Below are positions 50,570 to 63,000 of a DNA stretch of 64,000 nt, one piece after another (positions within the stretch are counted from its first letter, which is position 1; each line of letters opens with the position of its first letter). Source of the stretch: Octopus bimaculoides (Eukaryota); contig NC_068981.1 in the NCBI RefSeq assembly GCF_001194135.2, positions 199,017,087 to 199,081,086 of the forward strand, written 5' to 3'. The notes beneath the pieces are model-generated. The model ran no database searches. It saw only the letters and a list, made by a program, of their open reading frames with translations, and was not told where the DNA came from. The position numbers were made by a program, and so were the translations under genes.

Positions 50570-52165
50570 GGACCATTGTTTAATTGCATTAGAATAATAT
50601 TACAGTGCATGGAATTAGTTTTATACCACAGGATACTATCTCGCTTCATGGGTGTAATGTTTCACTTCACCGGACCACTATCTCACTTCATTAGACTATT
50701 GAGTCGCTTGATTGGACTACTGTCTCAATTCATAAGAATGCTGTCACATCATTGCACCACTATGTCACTTCACTGGATTACTGTCTCACTTCCTTGGACT
50801 ACTGCCTCACTTCATTGGACTACTGTCTCACTCACTGAACCACTGTCTCACTTCATGCGAGTACTGTCACATGTTTGAACCAGTCTCACTGTATTGGAAT
50901 ACTGTCTCACTTTATTGGAATACTGCCTCATTTCATTGGACTGCTGTCTCACTCCAGTGGACCTTTGTCTCATTTCTACTGTATCACTTCTTTGGACCAC
51001 TGTCTTACTTCACTGGACCACTGTTTCATTTCATTGGAGTAATGTCTAACTTCACTGGACCACTGTCTCAGTTCATCAGAGTACTTTCTCACTCTAGTGG
51101 ACTTCTATCTCACTTCATTGGACTACTGTCTCATTTCCTTGGACCACTGTCTNNNNNNNNNNNNNNNNNNNNNNNNNNNNNNNNNNNNNNNNNNNNNNNN
51201 NNNNNNNNNNNNNNNNNNNNNNNNNNNNNNNNNNNNNNNNNNNNNNNNNNNNNNNNNNNNNNNNNNNNNNNNNNNNNNNNNNNNNNNNNNNNNNNNNNNN
51301 NNNNNNNNNNNNNNNNNNNNNNNNNNNNNNNNNNNNNNNNNGACTGCTGTCTCACTCCAGTGGACCTTTGTCTCATTTCTACTGTATCACTTCTTTGGAC
51401 CACTGTCTTACTTCACTGGACCACTGTTTCATTTCATTGGAGTAATGTCTAACTTCACTGGACCACTGTCTCAGTTCATCAGAGTACTTTCTCACTCTAG
51501 TGGACTTCTATCTCACTTCATTGGACTACTGTCTCATTTCCTTGGACCACTGTCTCACTTCATTGGAGTACTGTCACACTTCATTGGAATACTGTCTCAC
51601 TTCACTGGACCACTGTCTCATTTCATTAGATCACTGTCTCACTTCATTAGACCAGTCTCACTTCATTGGAGTAATGTCTAACTTCACTGGACCACTGTCT
51701 CAGTTCATCGGAGTACTTTCTCACTCTAATGGATCTTCATCTCACTTCATTGGACTGCTGTATCACTTCCTTGGACCACTGTCTCATTACATTAGACCAC
51801 TGTCTCACTTCACTGGAGTACTGTCTCACTTCACTGGAATAGTCTTACTTCACTGGAGTACTGTCTCACTTCACTGGAGTACTATCTCACTTCACTGGAG
51901 TACTGTCTCACTTCACTGGAATACCATCTCACTTCACTGGAATACCGTTTCACTTCACTGGAATACTGTTTCACTTCACTGGAATACTGTTTCATTTCAC
52001 TGGAATACTGTCTCATTTTACTGGAATACTGTCTCATTTCACTGGGGTACTGCCTCAATTCACTGGGGGTACTGTCTCACTTCCTGAGAATTTTGTCTCC
52101 CTTCATTGGGGTACTGTCTCACTTCCTGAGAATTTTGTCTCCCTTCATTGGGGTACTGTCTCATA
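50570..52165. repeat. 21-bp minisatellite (GGAGTACTGTCTCACTTCACT), about 65-70 units, spans gap 51153-51341
   Basis: 21-bp period gives 7-aa repeats (GPLSHFI / WSTVSLH / DHCLTSL) in all three plus frames. Confidence 0.95.
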
Positions 52166-52889
52166 TTGAATTATATTTTCAGATATGCAAGTTTTATTTT
52201 CTCCATAAACCATCATTACACACCAACAACTACTTTGCAATGTCTAGTAAAAAAAATCTTCCCATTCCTTTGATAGAGAGTCACATTACAGTAAGAGGTG
52301 GGATGTTACAACAAATATTTGTAGCTTTTATGGGATTACAAATAAATTCCATGTATGACAAAATGAAACTGTAGCAAATTAAGGAACTTTGGTTAGCAAA
52401 GTTAAATTCCAAGTCACATCAGGTCATATCCACAGACTGAGATGCAGATATTTAGGCTTCATAACAAGAATGATATCACTTAAACGTCATGTCAATGACT
52501 TAGAATTTGAAAAATATTTAATGTCACATACAAGATCATTTTCCAAGTAATTCTTGAAGCAAATATTTTGTTTTGAGTATAGAAAGGTCAACATATTACC
52601 ACAGTTTTAATTCTTTTCTCATGTTGACAGAGGTTATGTGCAGGAGGAGGAGAAGGAGGCCTGTTCTTGTACAGTGTATTTTATTCAATACTTTGATTAT
52701 TCTAACAATGGCTGGTTTAGCTGTCACTCTCCTGTAACTGTGAAATGGTAGCTCGTTAAACACACTATAACAGCTAATTGCTTTAGGTACCTCTGCACTC
52801 GTAAATATCTTCTTGATCCTCTCATTCATGATCCAGAAGAACATCAAAAATGTAACAGCAGGAGGGAGAGAGGAAAGGCTGTGAAAGTC

Positions 52890-53030
52890 AACTGGTGCTC
52901 TTTTCCAGCTGAGTAGACTGCAGCAGTGTGAAATGAAGTGCCTTGCTCAAGGACACAACGCACTGCCCTGTCCAAGAATCAAAACAAATGATTTTATAAT
53001 CTCAAACACATCACCCTAACCCATGCACCA
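52890..53030 (-). mobile_element. Family-E SINE fragment
   Basis: CAGCTGAGTAGACTGCAGCAGTGTGAAATGAAGTGCCTTGCTCAAGGACACAA is the reverse complement of the 18255-18560 body. Confidence 0.65.
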
Positions 53031-53599
53031 CATGATTGATTGGCACCATTCTGATATGAAACTAGGGCCCCTTTTGTAAGAGTGTTAACAGTTTGGGAGA
53101 TAAAAAGGAAAATAAAAGGAAATATTCATGACCTCGTTAAGTTCCTCCCATTCTTTGATTAATTAATTCTAAGACTCAATGATGTCTTTTAGTCACAGAC
53201 AAAACAAAAAAAAAACTAAGACTAGTAATGTAAAATAAATAATAATAGAATGACTCAATGAAGGATATTTGTTGTTTTAGGTCAGTTCTGGGATGCTGAC
53301 AACAGTAAAGATGTCAGATGTAAATGAATGTTTGAAACTAGTCCTGGCTCTGATGAAAATCATGGTTTTCCACACTTGATATCATCATTGAAGAAGAAGA
53401 AGAATTTTAGAATATTTCATTTCCAAATAAGATTGTCTTATTTCTAGATGAGAACTCAGTTCTTGTGTGGATTTGATCAAGGAACTCATATCCCAAAATA
53501 AAGGGTTAACAACATTGTTATGAAGTAGGTCACTGATCCAGGGACATATTCAGGAATAAGTCATGTGACAAGAACAGAAGATCAATGCGAAGAAAATTG

Positions 53600-53735
53600 T
53601 ACAGACAACACACAGTGTGGATATAACATACTCTAGATGTAACACATTGTAGATGTAACACAGTGTGGATGTCACTCAGTCTAGATTTAAAATTGAGGAT
53701 TTAGCACAGTGTAGATGTAACAGTGTGGTTATAAC
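53600..53735. repeat. Short decayed ~18-bp minisatellite (ACACAGTGTRGATGTAAC)
   Basis: About 6 degenerate units. Confidence 0.65.
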
Positions 53736-54759
53736 AGTAGCAATTATTGCTAATTAGTTTTAACACCTGATATTACATACTTCAGGTTGTTATACACTAA
53801 ACAATGTGTAAAAATGAAAGAAATGACTGAAGAAAGTTAATTGATATGTGATGAAAGATTTGAAATGAAGATCATAGTTTGATATGTAAATTGAGAAAAA
53901 CCAAATACTAGCATTATTTTAGATCTGTGTATAATAGAGAAGGATTCAAAGAAATTCTTAAAATTGGAGAAAGATCAATACTTTATAGGGAAGCAATTGA
54001 ACCATAAGTTAAACTATTTCTACTTGATTAATATGTCTCAAACCTGATGACTTTAGAAATGTGATACATCATACATCATTTAATGTTTGTAAGACAAATT
54101 ACTGTATTCAGATTATAATCTTGTGTAATTAATAACAGTGTAATAATTAAGGTATGGAAATTGGAAGAAGAAAATTAGAAAATATATCTCCATAAATATT
54201 ATTTTGATTGCTGAGAATATAATTAAGAGTTAGATATTGTACATGTCCCAATGGCTTTTGTCAATGCTGGAGCCCAGTAACTTTAGTGCCATCGTAACGT
54301 CATCAACAAACACAAAGTACAAAGGGGAGCTCCAGTTATTCAGTTGTTAATACAAAAAATACTGCAAGGTATTTCTCTTGAAATATATCAGTGTTCATTC
54401 AACACCTATTCCTCATCATCATCATCATAGACATACTATAGAAAGAAATTACATCTTTTCCTGCCAAAAGTTCTTTCTCACTAATCTTATACAGTCATAT
54501 TTTGGTCCAAACAGATCTCTTGTTTCCTCTAAACAAACCATATGATGGGAGTAGCAAAATAGTTATGCTTTCACACTTCCTGTCGCTCTTTTTTTGGTTC
54601 ATTATATTGAAAACCCATGACTTGCTGGTACTAAATATTTTCTTGTTTCTGCCTCTTTGTTTTTCCTTCAACAAATTGTTGAAGGAGAAATACAATTCCA
54701 AAGCTGAGTTCTGGAAGTGTTTTGTGTGTGTGTGTGTGTGTGTGTGTACAACTGGACCC

Positions 54760-55860
54760 TCTGCCTAATCTCCTCAGGACACCCCTGCCACATGTGATCT
54801 CTCTAATTGCAGTAAGGCTCAGTGTTTTGCAATTGGCCTTCAGTACTTCCCATGTCTTCTGGGGTCTTTCATTTCCACAACTTCCCTCTATTTTTAGTGA
54901 TCAGCACTTCTTTATGCAACTGTCCTTCTCAATCCACATCACATGACCAAACCAGTACATTCTCCTCTCTTGCCCACTACACACAATCCTTCTTATGCCC
55001 AACTTCTCTCTCAATACATCAATACTTTGTGTGCACTGGGTACACTGAATGGAATTTCTGCCTACACTCTTCCTACATATTGAGCAAGGCCATTTACTTG
55101 AAGGGTGAAGGGTCCTGTCCGATTTCTTGCTAAGACCTTGGTCTTTGCTACGTTTACTTTAAGATCCTTTGATTCCAGGTTCTGTTTCCACACCTGGAAT
55201 TTCTTTTATAATTCTGTTACAGATTCTGCTGTGAGGGCATGATCATCAGCATATAGGAGTTTACATGGGCTCCCAACCTTAAATTGCTGTTGTGGTTTGG
55301 AGGACGATGATGACTAGGATGGGGTTGAGAACTGACCCTATGAGGAAACCTACCTGCACATTAAATCTGTCACTGTACCCATGGCCAACTTTTACCTTAT
55401 TAACAGCAACCCTGGTCTTTACTGCTTTCACAAGCCATTCGTTTATCCCTTGCTTCCTCACAGACCACCATATCACAGTGTGAGGTACTCTGTTAAAGGC
55501 TTTCTCTTGACCAACAAATGCCAAGAACCACAGCTTGTTCTTAGCTAAATACTTCTCTTGCAGTTGCCTGAACATGAAAATAGCATCAGTGGTGCTTCTC
55601 CCTGGGGACAAAGCCAAACTACATTTCATCTTGTCTAATTCTGTTCCAAATTAATTGGGTTATATCTCCCTCCATAACTGTTATCACTTGGCCCAGCAAT
55701 CTAGACTTACTTCTGTCTAAGGCATTTCCTTTTCCCTTGTGGCAGTTGACTGCAATGCTGCTGCACCAGTCACCAGGGATTTCACCTTCCTGAATAACCT
55801 GATAAACTCTATCTCTTTGAATTTGCAGACCCAACCAACAAGCAAAACAAGACAAAGCAT
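54760..55860 (-). mobile_element. RTE LINE fragment (pre-RT to RT, plus 3' part)
   Basis: EGEIPGDWCSSIAVNCHKGKGNALDR, PGRSTTDAIFMFRQLQEKYLAKNK..AFVGQEKAFNRVP, GSVLNPIL. Confidence 0.88.
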
Positions 55861-56621
55861 AGAATCATATTTAAAGAATTAGGAGTCGGACCAAAAGATG
55901 AACACAATATTACAAAAAAAAAAACAAGAAGATTTTGATGACCTCTGCAATTTCTACTTTTACAATTAGATTTATATTTTAAAGATTACTCAAATTAGTA
56001 TGGATCAGTAAAACGAGAACAGACATTTTAAATTAATTACTGCAACCAATGACATTTATGTAACAATTAAAAAAGTAGTCAATATAATAAAAAAAAATGC
56101 CAAATTATGTTTAGTGAAAGAAATGTTTGTAAATGATGGAAACAGCAGAATGAATGTAAGGAAGAAAAACCTTTTTCATTGATGAGGATAAAGAAATGTT
56201 GAAGTAATTGGTTTGTGAGAGCAATTAAAAGAAGGCTACTGATGTTTGATAGTAAAAAAGAAAAAAAGAAGCAACAGCAATAGAGCTGGTTTCATTTAAT
56301 TACAATTAACAAGTAAACTAATTCCAATAAGATTTCAATTTCATTTATATTTGTTTAATTAATGTTTTTATTCTATTTCTGGAATTGGTAGTGATGGTCA
56401 GTACCACAACAAATTAAATACTCAGAGATAACTTCAAAGAGTTTTCTCTTTATCTTATGTACGGGAAGGAAGTCAGTTTAGCAAAGACCATTCCACTTTG
56501 AGCCATATATCCATGAGAGTAAAGTGAGAAATAGCATTGATGGAGAATAAAACACATATTGTTTACAGCAAGTTCTTATGATGAGGTACCTCTTTACCCC
56601 TAGCTGGTCTATACCATTTAA

Positions 56622-56882
56622 CTGTGTACTATATTAACCGCAAATACAGTACAGAACAAGTGCCATGAGCAAAACTTCAAACATTTTGAATATCCTCTAC
56701 GCAACCACTTTAGTCTTCCAATATCTGGATCCGGATTAAGTTGCGTAAACCAAAGTAAATCAATACTTAGGTTAATCAGCCCACTTTATTATGACTTGTC
56801 TGATAGAACTCAACAAACTTGTCCTGGATCTACATCAGCTACCTTAGAAATTTGGAATGGTGAATTTAAAGCAGCGACATAG
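56622..56882 (+). other. 86-codon stop-free frame without an early start codon; possible exon or fossil
   Basis: LCTILTANTVQNKCHEQNFKHFEYPLRNHFSLPISGSGLSCVNQSKSILRLISPLYYDLSDRTQQTCPGSTSATLEIWNGEFKAAT*. Donor-like sites AATG|GTGAAT and CATAG|GTAAGT. Confidence 0.25.
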
Positions 56883-57180
56883 GTAAGTGCTGTATGGAAT
56901 ATACATCGTCTCCAGACATCAAGGTAGCTGTAGTTACTTGAGGTGTGTAGTTGTTATCAACATCCCTACCATCGTCGTTTAATGTCCATCTTCCATGCTG
57001 GCACTTCTTATCAAAGAAATGGGAAGATTTTTTTTACTAGACATTGCAAAGTAGTTGTTGGTGTGTAATGATGGTTTATGGAGAAAATAAAACTTGCATA
57101 TCTGAAAATATAATTCAATATGTTGCATTATTAGCAATTAAAGCTGGTAAGAAACAATTATTCTATGTTGCTCTTATCTC

Positions 57181-57228
<48 letters not shown>

Positions 57229-57769
57229 GGTTTGGTTGACAAGTTAAACTGAAATGAAGACAGCATGATCTTTGTCTATCTCCTTACCTTCTTAGAGGTT
57301 TTAGGTATAATTATACTAATGTGTCCATCTGATTTAATTTAATTAAATTCTATGTCTTTGTGCAGCTGAGGATTGCTCTGCATTTAAATTGATGTAATGG
57401 TTGCATTGTTCAATTAAATGGAGTCACTTGAAACGGTCGTACTGCATTACATCTGGATATCCTGTTGCTTATTTTGATCCTGTCACACATATCTAATATA
57501 TATCAGTTCTTTCATACATAACTTCCACATCAATGGCTGTCTTGTGGGGACGCTAAACCTATCGACCTGTTTAACCTCCCCTCCCCCCCCATCTAGATGG
57601 TCCTTTGGCAAGTAACATTCTGTTAAATATTCCAATCAAATCTTCAATGAGAAGATAACTTGATGAAATTCTTTACTACCTCAACCTGTTAGTTTCAGTC
57701 TCTCTTTCACCAACCATGCTGTAGCAATTTATAAATGTCATGACTGTTACCATAGCAGCAATAAAATAT

Positions 57770-58015
57770 GGCGTAGTGGTTAAGAGCGCGAGCTACTAAC
57801 CCCAAGATTCCGAGTTCGATTCCAAGCAGTGACCTGAACAATAATAATAATAATAATAATAATAACAACAACAACATCGAAAAATACCTTAGGAATGAGC
57901 ACCCAGGTTTGAAATTTCCCCAAGACACCTGATGAAGGCTGGAGGGTATATCAGCTGAAACGTTGTGTTAACAACAAACAAGATGAGGACAAATATCCGT
58001 CAAATGTAAATAATG
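57770..58015 (+). mobile_element. tRNA(Ser-like)-head SINE (family D) with Penelope-like 3' half and 10-bp TSD
   Basis: A box TGGCGTAGTGG (57769-79), B box GAGTTCGATTCC (57812-23), internal (AAT)n. TSD AATAAAATAT at 57760-69 and 58016-25. Confidence 0.85.
57924..57969 (+). ncRNA. Minimal type I hammerhead ribozyme motif (Penelope-type) inside the SINE
   Basis: Stem I GACAC/GTGTT, CTGATGA core (57929-35), extra A, stem II GGCTG/CAGCT with 10-nt loop, GAAA (57957-60), palindromic stem III ACGT, predicted cleavage triplet GUU. Confidence 0.65.
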
Positions 58016-58799
58016 AATAAAATATTTGTTGTACAAGATGAAGTATAATATTACGATCAAAGTCAGCCATTTTTATATTTGTGATTGCAGTTATTTCACA
58101 TAATCCTCTGATCCCTTTGAGAATATCATCAATGTCACAACTTGTATTAAGTCCCTGATGTCAATAGACTAATTACCCATTAATGGATACCTCTGACACC
58201 AAAACCTTAAAGAAGTGGTGACCTTCTGGTAATGATGTTTGGCTCATGATCATAAGGCTGAGAGTTCAATTTCTGACCTAGGTAGTGCATTGTATTCTTG
58301 AAGAGATTAGTCAGTAACCTACAATGAAGAGAAAGCAATAATAGCAGAAAAATGGTGGGTGGGAAGGGCAAGAGTACTCAATAATGTAGGGTGTGTGTGC
58401 CTTTGTTGAGTTGAACATGAAAGAGAAACAGGATAAAGAGTGATGACATCAGAAAGAACAGAATATGTGGGTGAAAGCAGCCCTAGTATGATGATGATGG
58501 TGGTGGAGAGAGAGCTATTGGGGGTTGCAGTATGAGGTGAGTGAGTGACAATGACAGAGGTGGACGTAACAAAGTCGAATTCTCTTTGTTTTCGGTAAAT
58601 TGGAATATTCCAAATACACATTTATCACTGATGAGTGGATGAGTTATTAATTTCGATTGATTTATTGGCTGAATGAATATTTTGATCACAATATCTTTAA
58701 TGTAGATGTTTTGTCTAAAGAAAATATGATGCTGCCATCACATTATTGTATTCTTTGATAACCTTTTTCACTTATTTATAAATTAAAACTTGGAACTTC

Positions 58800-60560
58800 C
58801 ACGTTCTGCTTGATTTATCACAACTTATCTCATTTAAGATGTTTTAAGAAGATGGAGATTTTCAAGGAGGGTCAAGAAGATTTTTTTCATAGAATGCCTG
58901 ATTCCTGTATGGTCTCCAGGTTTGGGTACCGTATAAGGGAGTGAATCGTATGACTGCTCTGTAGGTCTTGCATTTGATTCTGATGGAAACCTAATTCCAA
59001 CTCCACAGACATCCAAATGCCACACTTCCATCCTTTGCTCATTGTCAGTTTGTCCATCTTTTGATATTGTGTTTCCAAAATAAATAAAGTCTTGTATATT
59101 TTTGATAACACCATTCTCTGATAGTTTCTTTGGTGGTTATTTTTTCTTTTGATGTGTTGGATCAACTGTTTTATTGCAGTGAAGTGCACACCCACAATGT
59201 TCCTTGTAGCTTGAAGATGATAAGTGAGAAAGCCAACCGTTTCTACTCTGCTGTTCCCTATGTTGTGGAACTGATCTTCATGGTGTCATTCACTCAGAGA
59301 TTTATGGCATTGGTTGACTACAATGAATCATTTTGTGAAAATGTTCAGACCAACCTTCAGACAAACGCTATCTGTGTTATTCATGATTTGCAATGATATA
59401 TTGTCGGTGAAGGATGCCAGAAGCTGAGAATTAAGATTCTGTTAAATTTGTAATATTTCCATTTTGAAAGAGTTTTAAAGGAATCCGGTATTTTCAAGTT
59501 GACAATATTTTTCTTTGGATGTGGACTATTTTTGTAGTTCTGATGCCTTGGGGTTTCCTGGTATTTGACCCTAGTGGTTAAGAGTGCCATTTAGTATTGT
59601 CTGATGATCAAATGTACAGTTGTTGTTTTTAGATACCTCATTTCTGAGCCCTTTATTACAAGGTCCTCATGTTTACTTTTCAAATGTTTTGAAGAAGTTT
59701 TGTCATTTGCTGGAATTGACAAATCTATAAACAGACATGTTTTGTCAGCATGAATTTTTACCACAATATCTGTTCCATTGAACTGTACAGCATGATCAGT
59801 TTGGATACTAAAGTCCCAAAGAATGGTGATTTTTTTATCTTCTACTACCTTGGTAGAGTTGTGTTCCCACTGGTTCTTCTCATGTAAAAGTCCAGACTTA
59901 CAGTGTATGATCTGGCAAATACTGGTCAACATGATGATTGATATATTTAAGGTTAACACAGAAAATCTTGAAACGGGGTGGTCAATTGTTTCTTGCACTA
60001 CAAAAGCAGCAGGCAGGATCAGTACCATTTTTAAGAATGCTTGCCTGGTGGTTTCTGATTTGTGTCCAGATACAGCCAACCATTGCTGGATCATATATCT
60101 ACATCAGCATCAGTGGCCTTTGTAGGGTCTTGCTATAAAATGCTTTACTTCTCTATGTATTTTACAGCACTGGCATTCCATTTGATTTCATTGTTCTTAG
60201 CTGCTCTGCTATTACAGTGGGTTCTTCTGTTTCATCGTGTTGCACCTCACTCTCAGTGATCTTTAATTCCTTTACGCATCTCTTTTCTTCTGATATTGAG
60301 TACCATTTTTAAGAATGCTTAATATTTGCAGACAAGTTTAAGCGTCCAGTTGTTGGTGTTTAGATAATCCCCTCTGGCTTCTGTCTATAGAGACAGCTGC
60401 CAGCTACATCAGTCCATGTCTGTCATCCTTTCTTGTGATGTATAATATCGCAACATCTTTTTTGGAGTCATGCCTGCAGTGCATTATGAGGAGCTTGCAT
60501 ATGTTTAGATCATTTTTTTTCATCTCATTGATGCTGTTAAAGCCTACAAATCACAACTGA
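58800..60560 (-). mobile_element. Decayed R4/Dong-like LINE pieces, including zinc-knuckle/RLE end
   Basis: WLAVSGHKSET, ETIDHPVS, KVVEDKKITILWDFSIQTDH..DIVVK..KTCLFIDLSIP. Confidence 0.85.
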
Positions 60561-60639
60561 GTTGATTCAATCCTATTTTGTGCATTAAGTTTGCTCTTTA
60601 GGATAGTTTTAATTCTTTGATAACATTCTCTCAAATTAT

Positions 60640-61090
60640 TATTATTAAGCCAGTGCATGCTAATTTAGTTAACAGGTATCTTGAGGTTTGGTGACAACAA
60701 GTCTCCTCAAATCTCAAGAGTTTTTCTTGGGATTCTTGCCAAATACAAGATGGTACTTTGCTACAGGTTGATAATACAAGTTTCAGTTCCAATCTCTTTC
60801 AGTCTTTTAGGTAGAAGTTTGGGTGTTGGTGACAAATGCACCAATTACTACAGGAATAATTGTTGTCTTGGTCGTCCTCAGTTCTCTGGCCAGATCCTGG
60901 TATTTCTCAATTGCTTTGCTATTGACTCTGCTATCATAAGGAATTGCTAAATCTATGATATCTTGCACTGTTTGTTAATTTTGTGCTCTATAATCATGTC
61001 TGCTGTTCTTGTCTCAATAGCAGAGTCAGTCTTTGTGGCAAAAGTCCCACAACATTTCATTTTTCTCATTTTCTGTCACAGCCTCTGCTA
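60640..61090 (-). mobile_element. RLE-type LINE 3' fragment with (TAA)n end
   Basis: Reverse strand has RTTKTTIIPVVIGAFV and ILARIPRKTLEI-like C-terminal words, then TAATAATAA. Confidence 0.5.
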
Positions 61091-61399
61091 CTTATTATTA
61101 TTATTATTGATTTGACTCTGGTTCATTCTTATTCCTGGCAGGATTTATGTGGATAGCAGGTTGCTACCTAGGTAACCTTAGCTATCCACACTCTTTCAAT
61201 AGTCTTTCAAGTGTTTAACACCCTCCTCATAATCAATCCTGTCCCTAAGTGGCAAACTTTCTGCTGAAACTCTAAAGAACATTCTATTCCAATCTCCTTC
61301 AACCATTTCTCTATATCTTTGCTTACAGTTTCCATTTATTCCAATTATTATTATTATAATTATTATTGTTGTCATTATTTTATTTCTCTGAGCTCTCAT

Positions 61400-61700
61400 T
61401 CACTTTTCAAGTTTCACTTGAAAAGGAAATTGAGAGTGGAGAGTGAAGTGCTGTCCTCGAGGGAGTTTATCAAAAGATGGATGGAAGTTGCAAAAATGGC
61501 AAGAGTGGATGGTACCTTTCTCAGTGCAGACCTGTGAGTCGGAGAGGACACTTGCTCATAGGGTTTCAGGGACATCTCAGACAGTGGGGTTCCTCGATTA
61601 TCCCTAGAGGTGTTCCTGTATCAGGAGGGTCACATCTCCATCACCCTCCCCACCTTCTATTTTTGCTTTTGTATGCTATGCATATGTCCCTTCTTTTCTA
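61400..61700 (+). mobile_element. L1/Tx1-type LINE 3' end
   Basis: FKFHLKRKLRVESEVLSSREFIKRWMEVAKMARVDGTFLSADL*, then a T-rich UTR. Family assignment from recall. Confidence 0.55.
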
Positions 61701-61799
61701 GTGTATACTTTTATTTTGATTTTTTTTATTTATCTATTTTTTTAATCATTTGTATTTCTTCCTGGTCCTTCACTCTTGTGGAAAATAAATGAAATCGTT

Positions 61800-63000
61800 A
61801 TTATTATTGTTATATGAAAACTCACAGCTTATTTTGCTTGGTATGGATGGAAAGGGGGTCAGCTGTCCCCAGCCAAGTGACTAAGGTGATATTTGTTTTA
61901 CTGGTCATGCTTCAAGAGCCCTGCAAAGAATTCTTGCAGTTCCAAGCAATGTTGATTTTTGTGAGTGTTCTACCTTCGCACTTGCACCAATCTTTTCCAG
62001 CCATGTTGGTAGTTGAATGCTGATACTTCCAACTGCACCAATTACTATTGGTATCACGTCTACACTCTTCTTTGACCACAACCTTCGTATTTCCCACTTC
62101 AGATCGTCATAGTTGTTTATTTCTTCTTCTTTCACATTGATCCTGTTGTCACTGGTGCATGCTATGTCGGTTATCATACACGTTCTTTCATTTTTATTTA
62201 CCACAACAATGTCCGGTTTCCGATGTCTGGTCAGGTGATCACACTGGATCGTTACATCTCACAGGATTTTGCAATTCTCATTCTCGGTGACTCCTCCTGG
62301 AGTTTTTTCATACCACATCTTTGCTCTTCGTAGGCCGTGATTTCTACAGAGCTCCCAATGGATCATTCTTACCACATTGTCATGGCACCATTTGTATTCA
62401 TGTTGTGCCAATTAAGGGCATTTGCTAATGACGTGCCATACCGTTTCACCCCTCTCACCACAGATTCTGCATTTGCTGCTATTGGTAGTGTTGTCTATTC
62501 TGCACTTCACATAGTTGGCCCTTAATGTTAGTTCTTGAACTGCGCATATGAATGCTTCTGTCTCTCTTCAGGTCAATCCTCCTCATCCATAGTCACTGGT
62601 CCTCTGTATCTGTCTTGGCGTTCACATCTCTTGCAAACTGACCGTACATTTTTTTCCTTCCATACTTTTCCTTTTTTTGTTTTCTTTGTTAATTTCTTGT
62701 TTAAAGTTTTCTTTACTTACACAAATTTCAGTTTTGATGACACCTCTCTTTTTCGTGTAATATCAAATCAACAGTGGTTCCATGGCATTTTTTTTATATT
62801 CCACCCTAAGCTGTTTGCCTCTGCTTCGATACAGTCCTGTCAGCTGATCAAACCTCTTTCACCCTTTCTTCTGGACAAGTACAGCCTATCAGTGTCACTC
62901 TTAGGGGTGGAAGGCTCTGTGTACTGTCAACAGTTTTCTGGTCTTGGTAGCCATTTTCTTCATTTCTCTCTTTTGCCATTTTATAATTTCCACTCCATAC
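61800..63000 (-). mobile_element. R4/Dong-like RLE LINE, 5'-truncated, best preserved copy
   Basis: Zinc knuckle CRICGERGETVWHVISKC, RLE KPDIVVVNKNERTCMITDIAC..KEEE..YDDLKWEIRRLW, LGTARILCRALE*, (AAT)n tail. Confidence 0.92.

Noticed and set aside
50939-51555. Exact 214-bp duplication (50939-51152 equals 51342-51555)
   Set aside because: It brackets the N gap exactly, so it is most likely an assembly overlap artefact.
50513-52374. Several 120-195-aa ORFs with 7-aa repeats
   Set aside because: By-product of the 21-bp minisatellite; open in all three frames.
57769-57830. tRNA gene (also the family B, C and E SINE heads)
   Set aside because: A and B boxes are present but the acceptor and anticodon stems do not close. 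The sequences continue into SINE bodies, several with TSDs.
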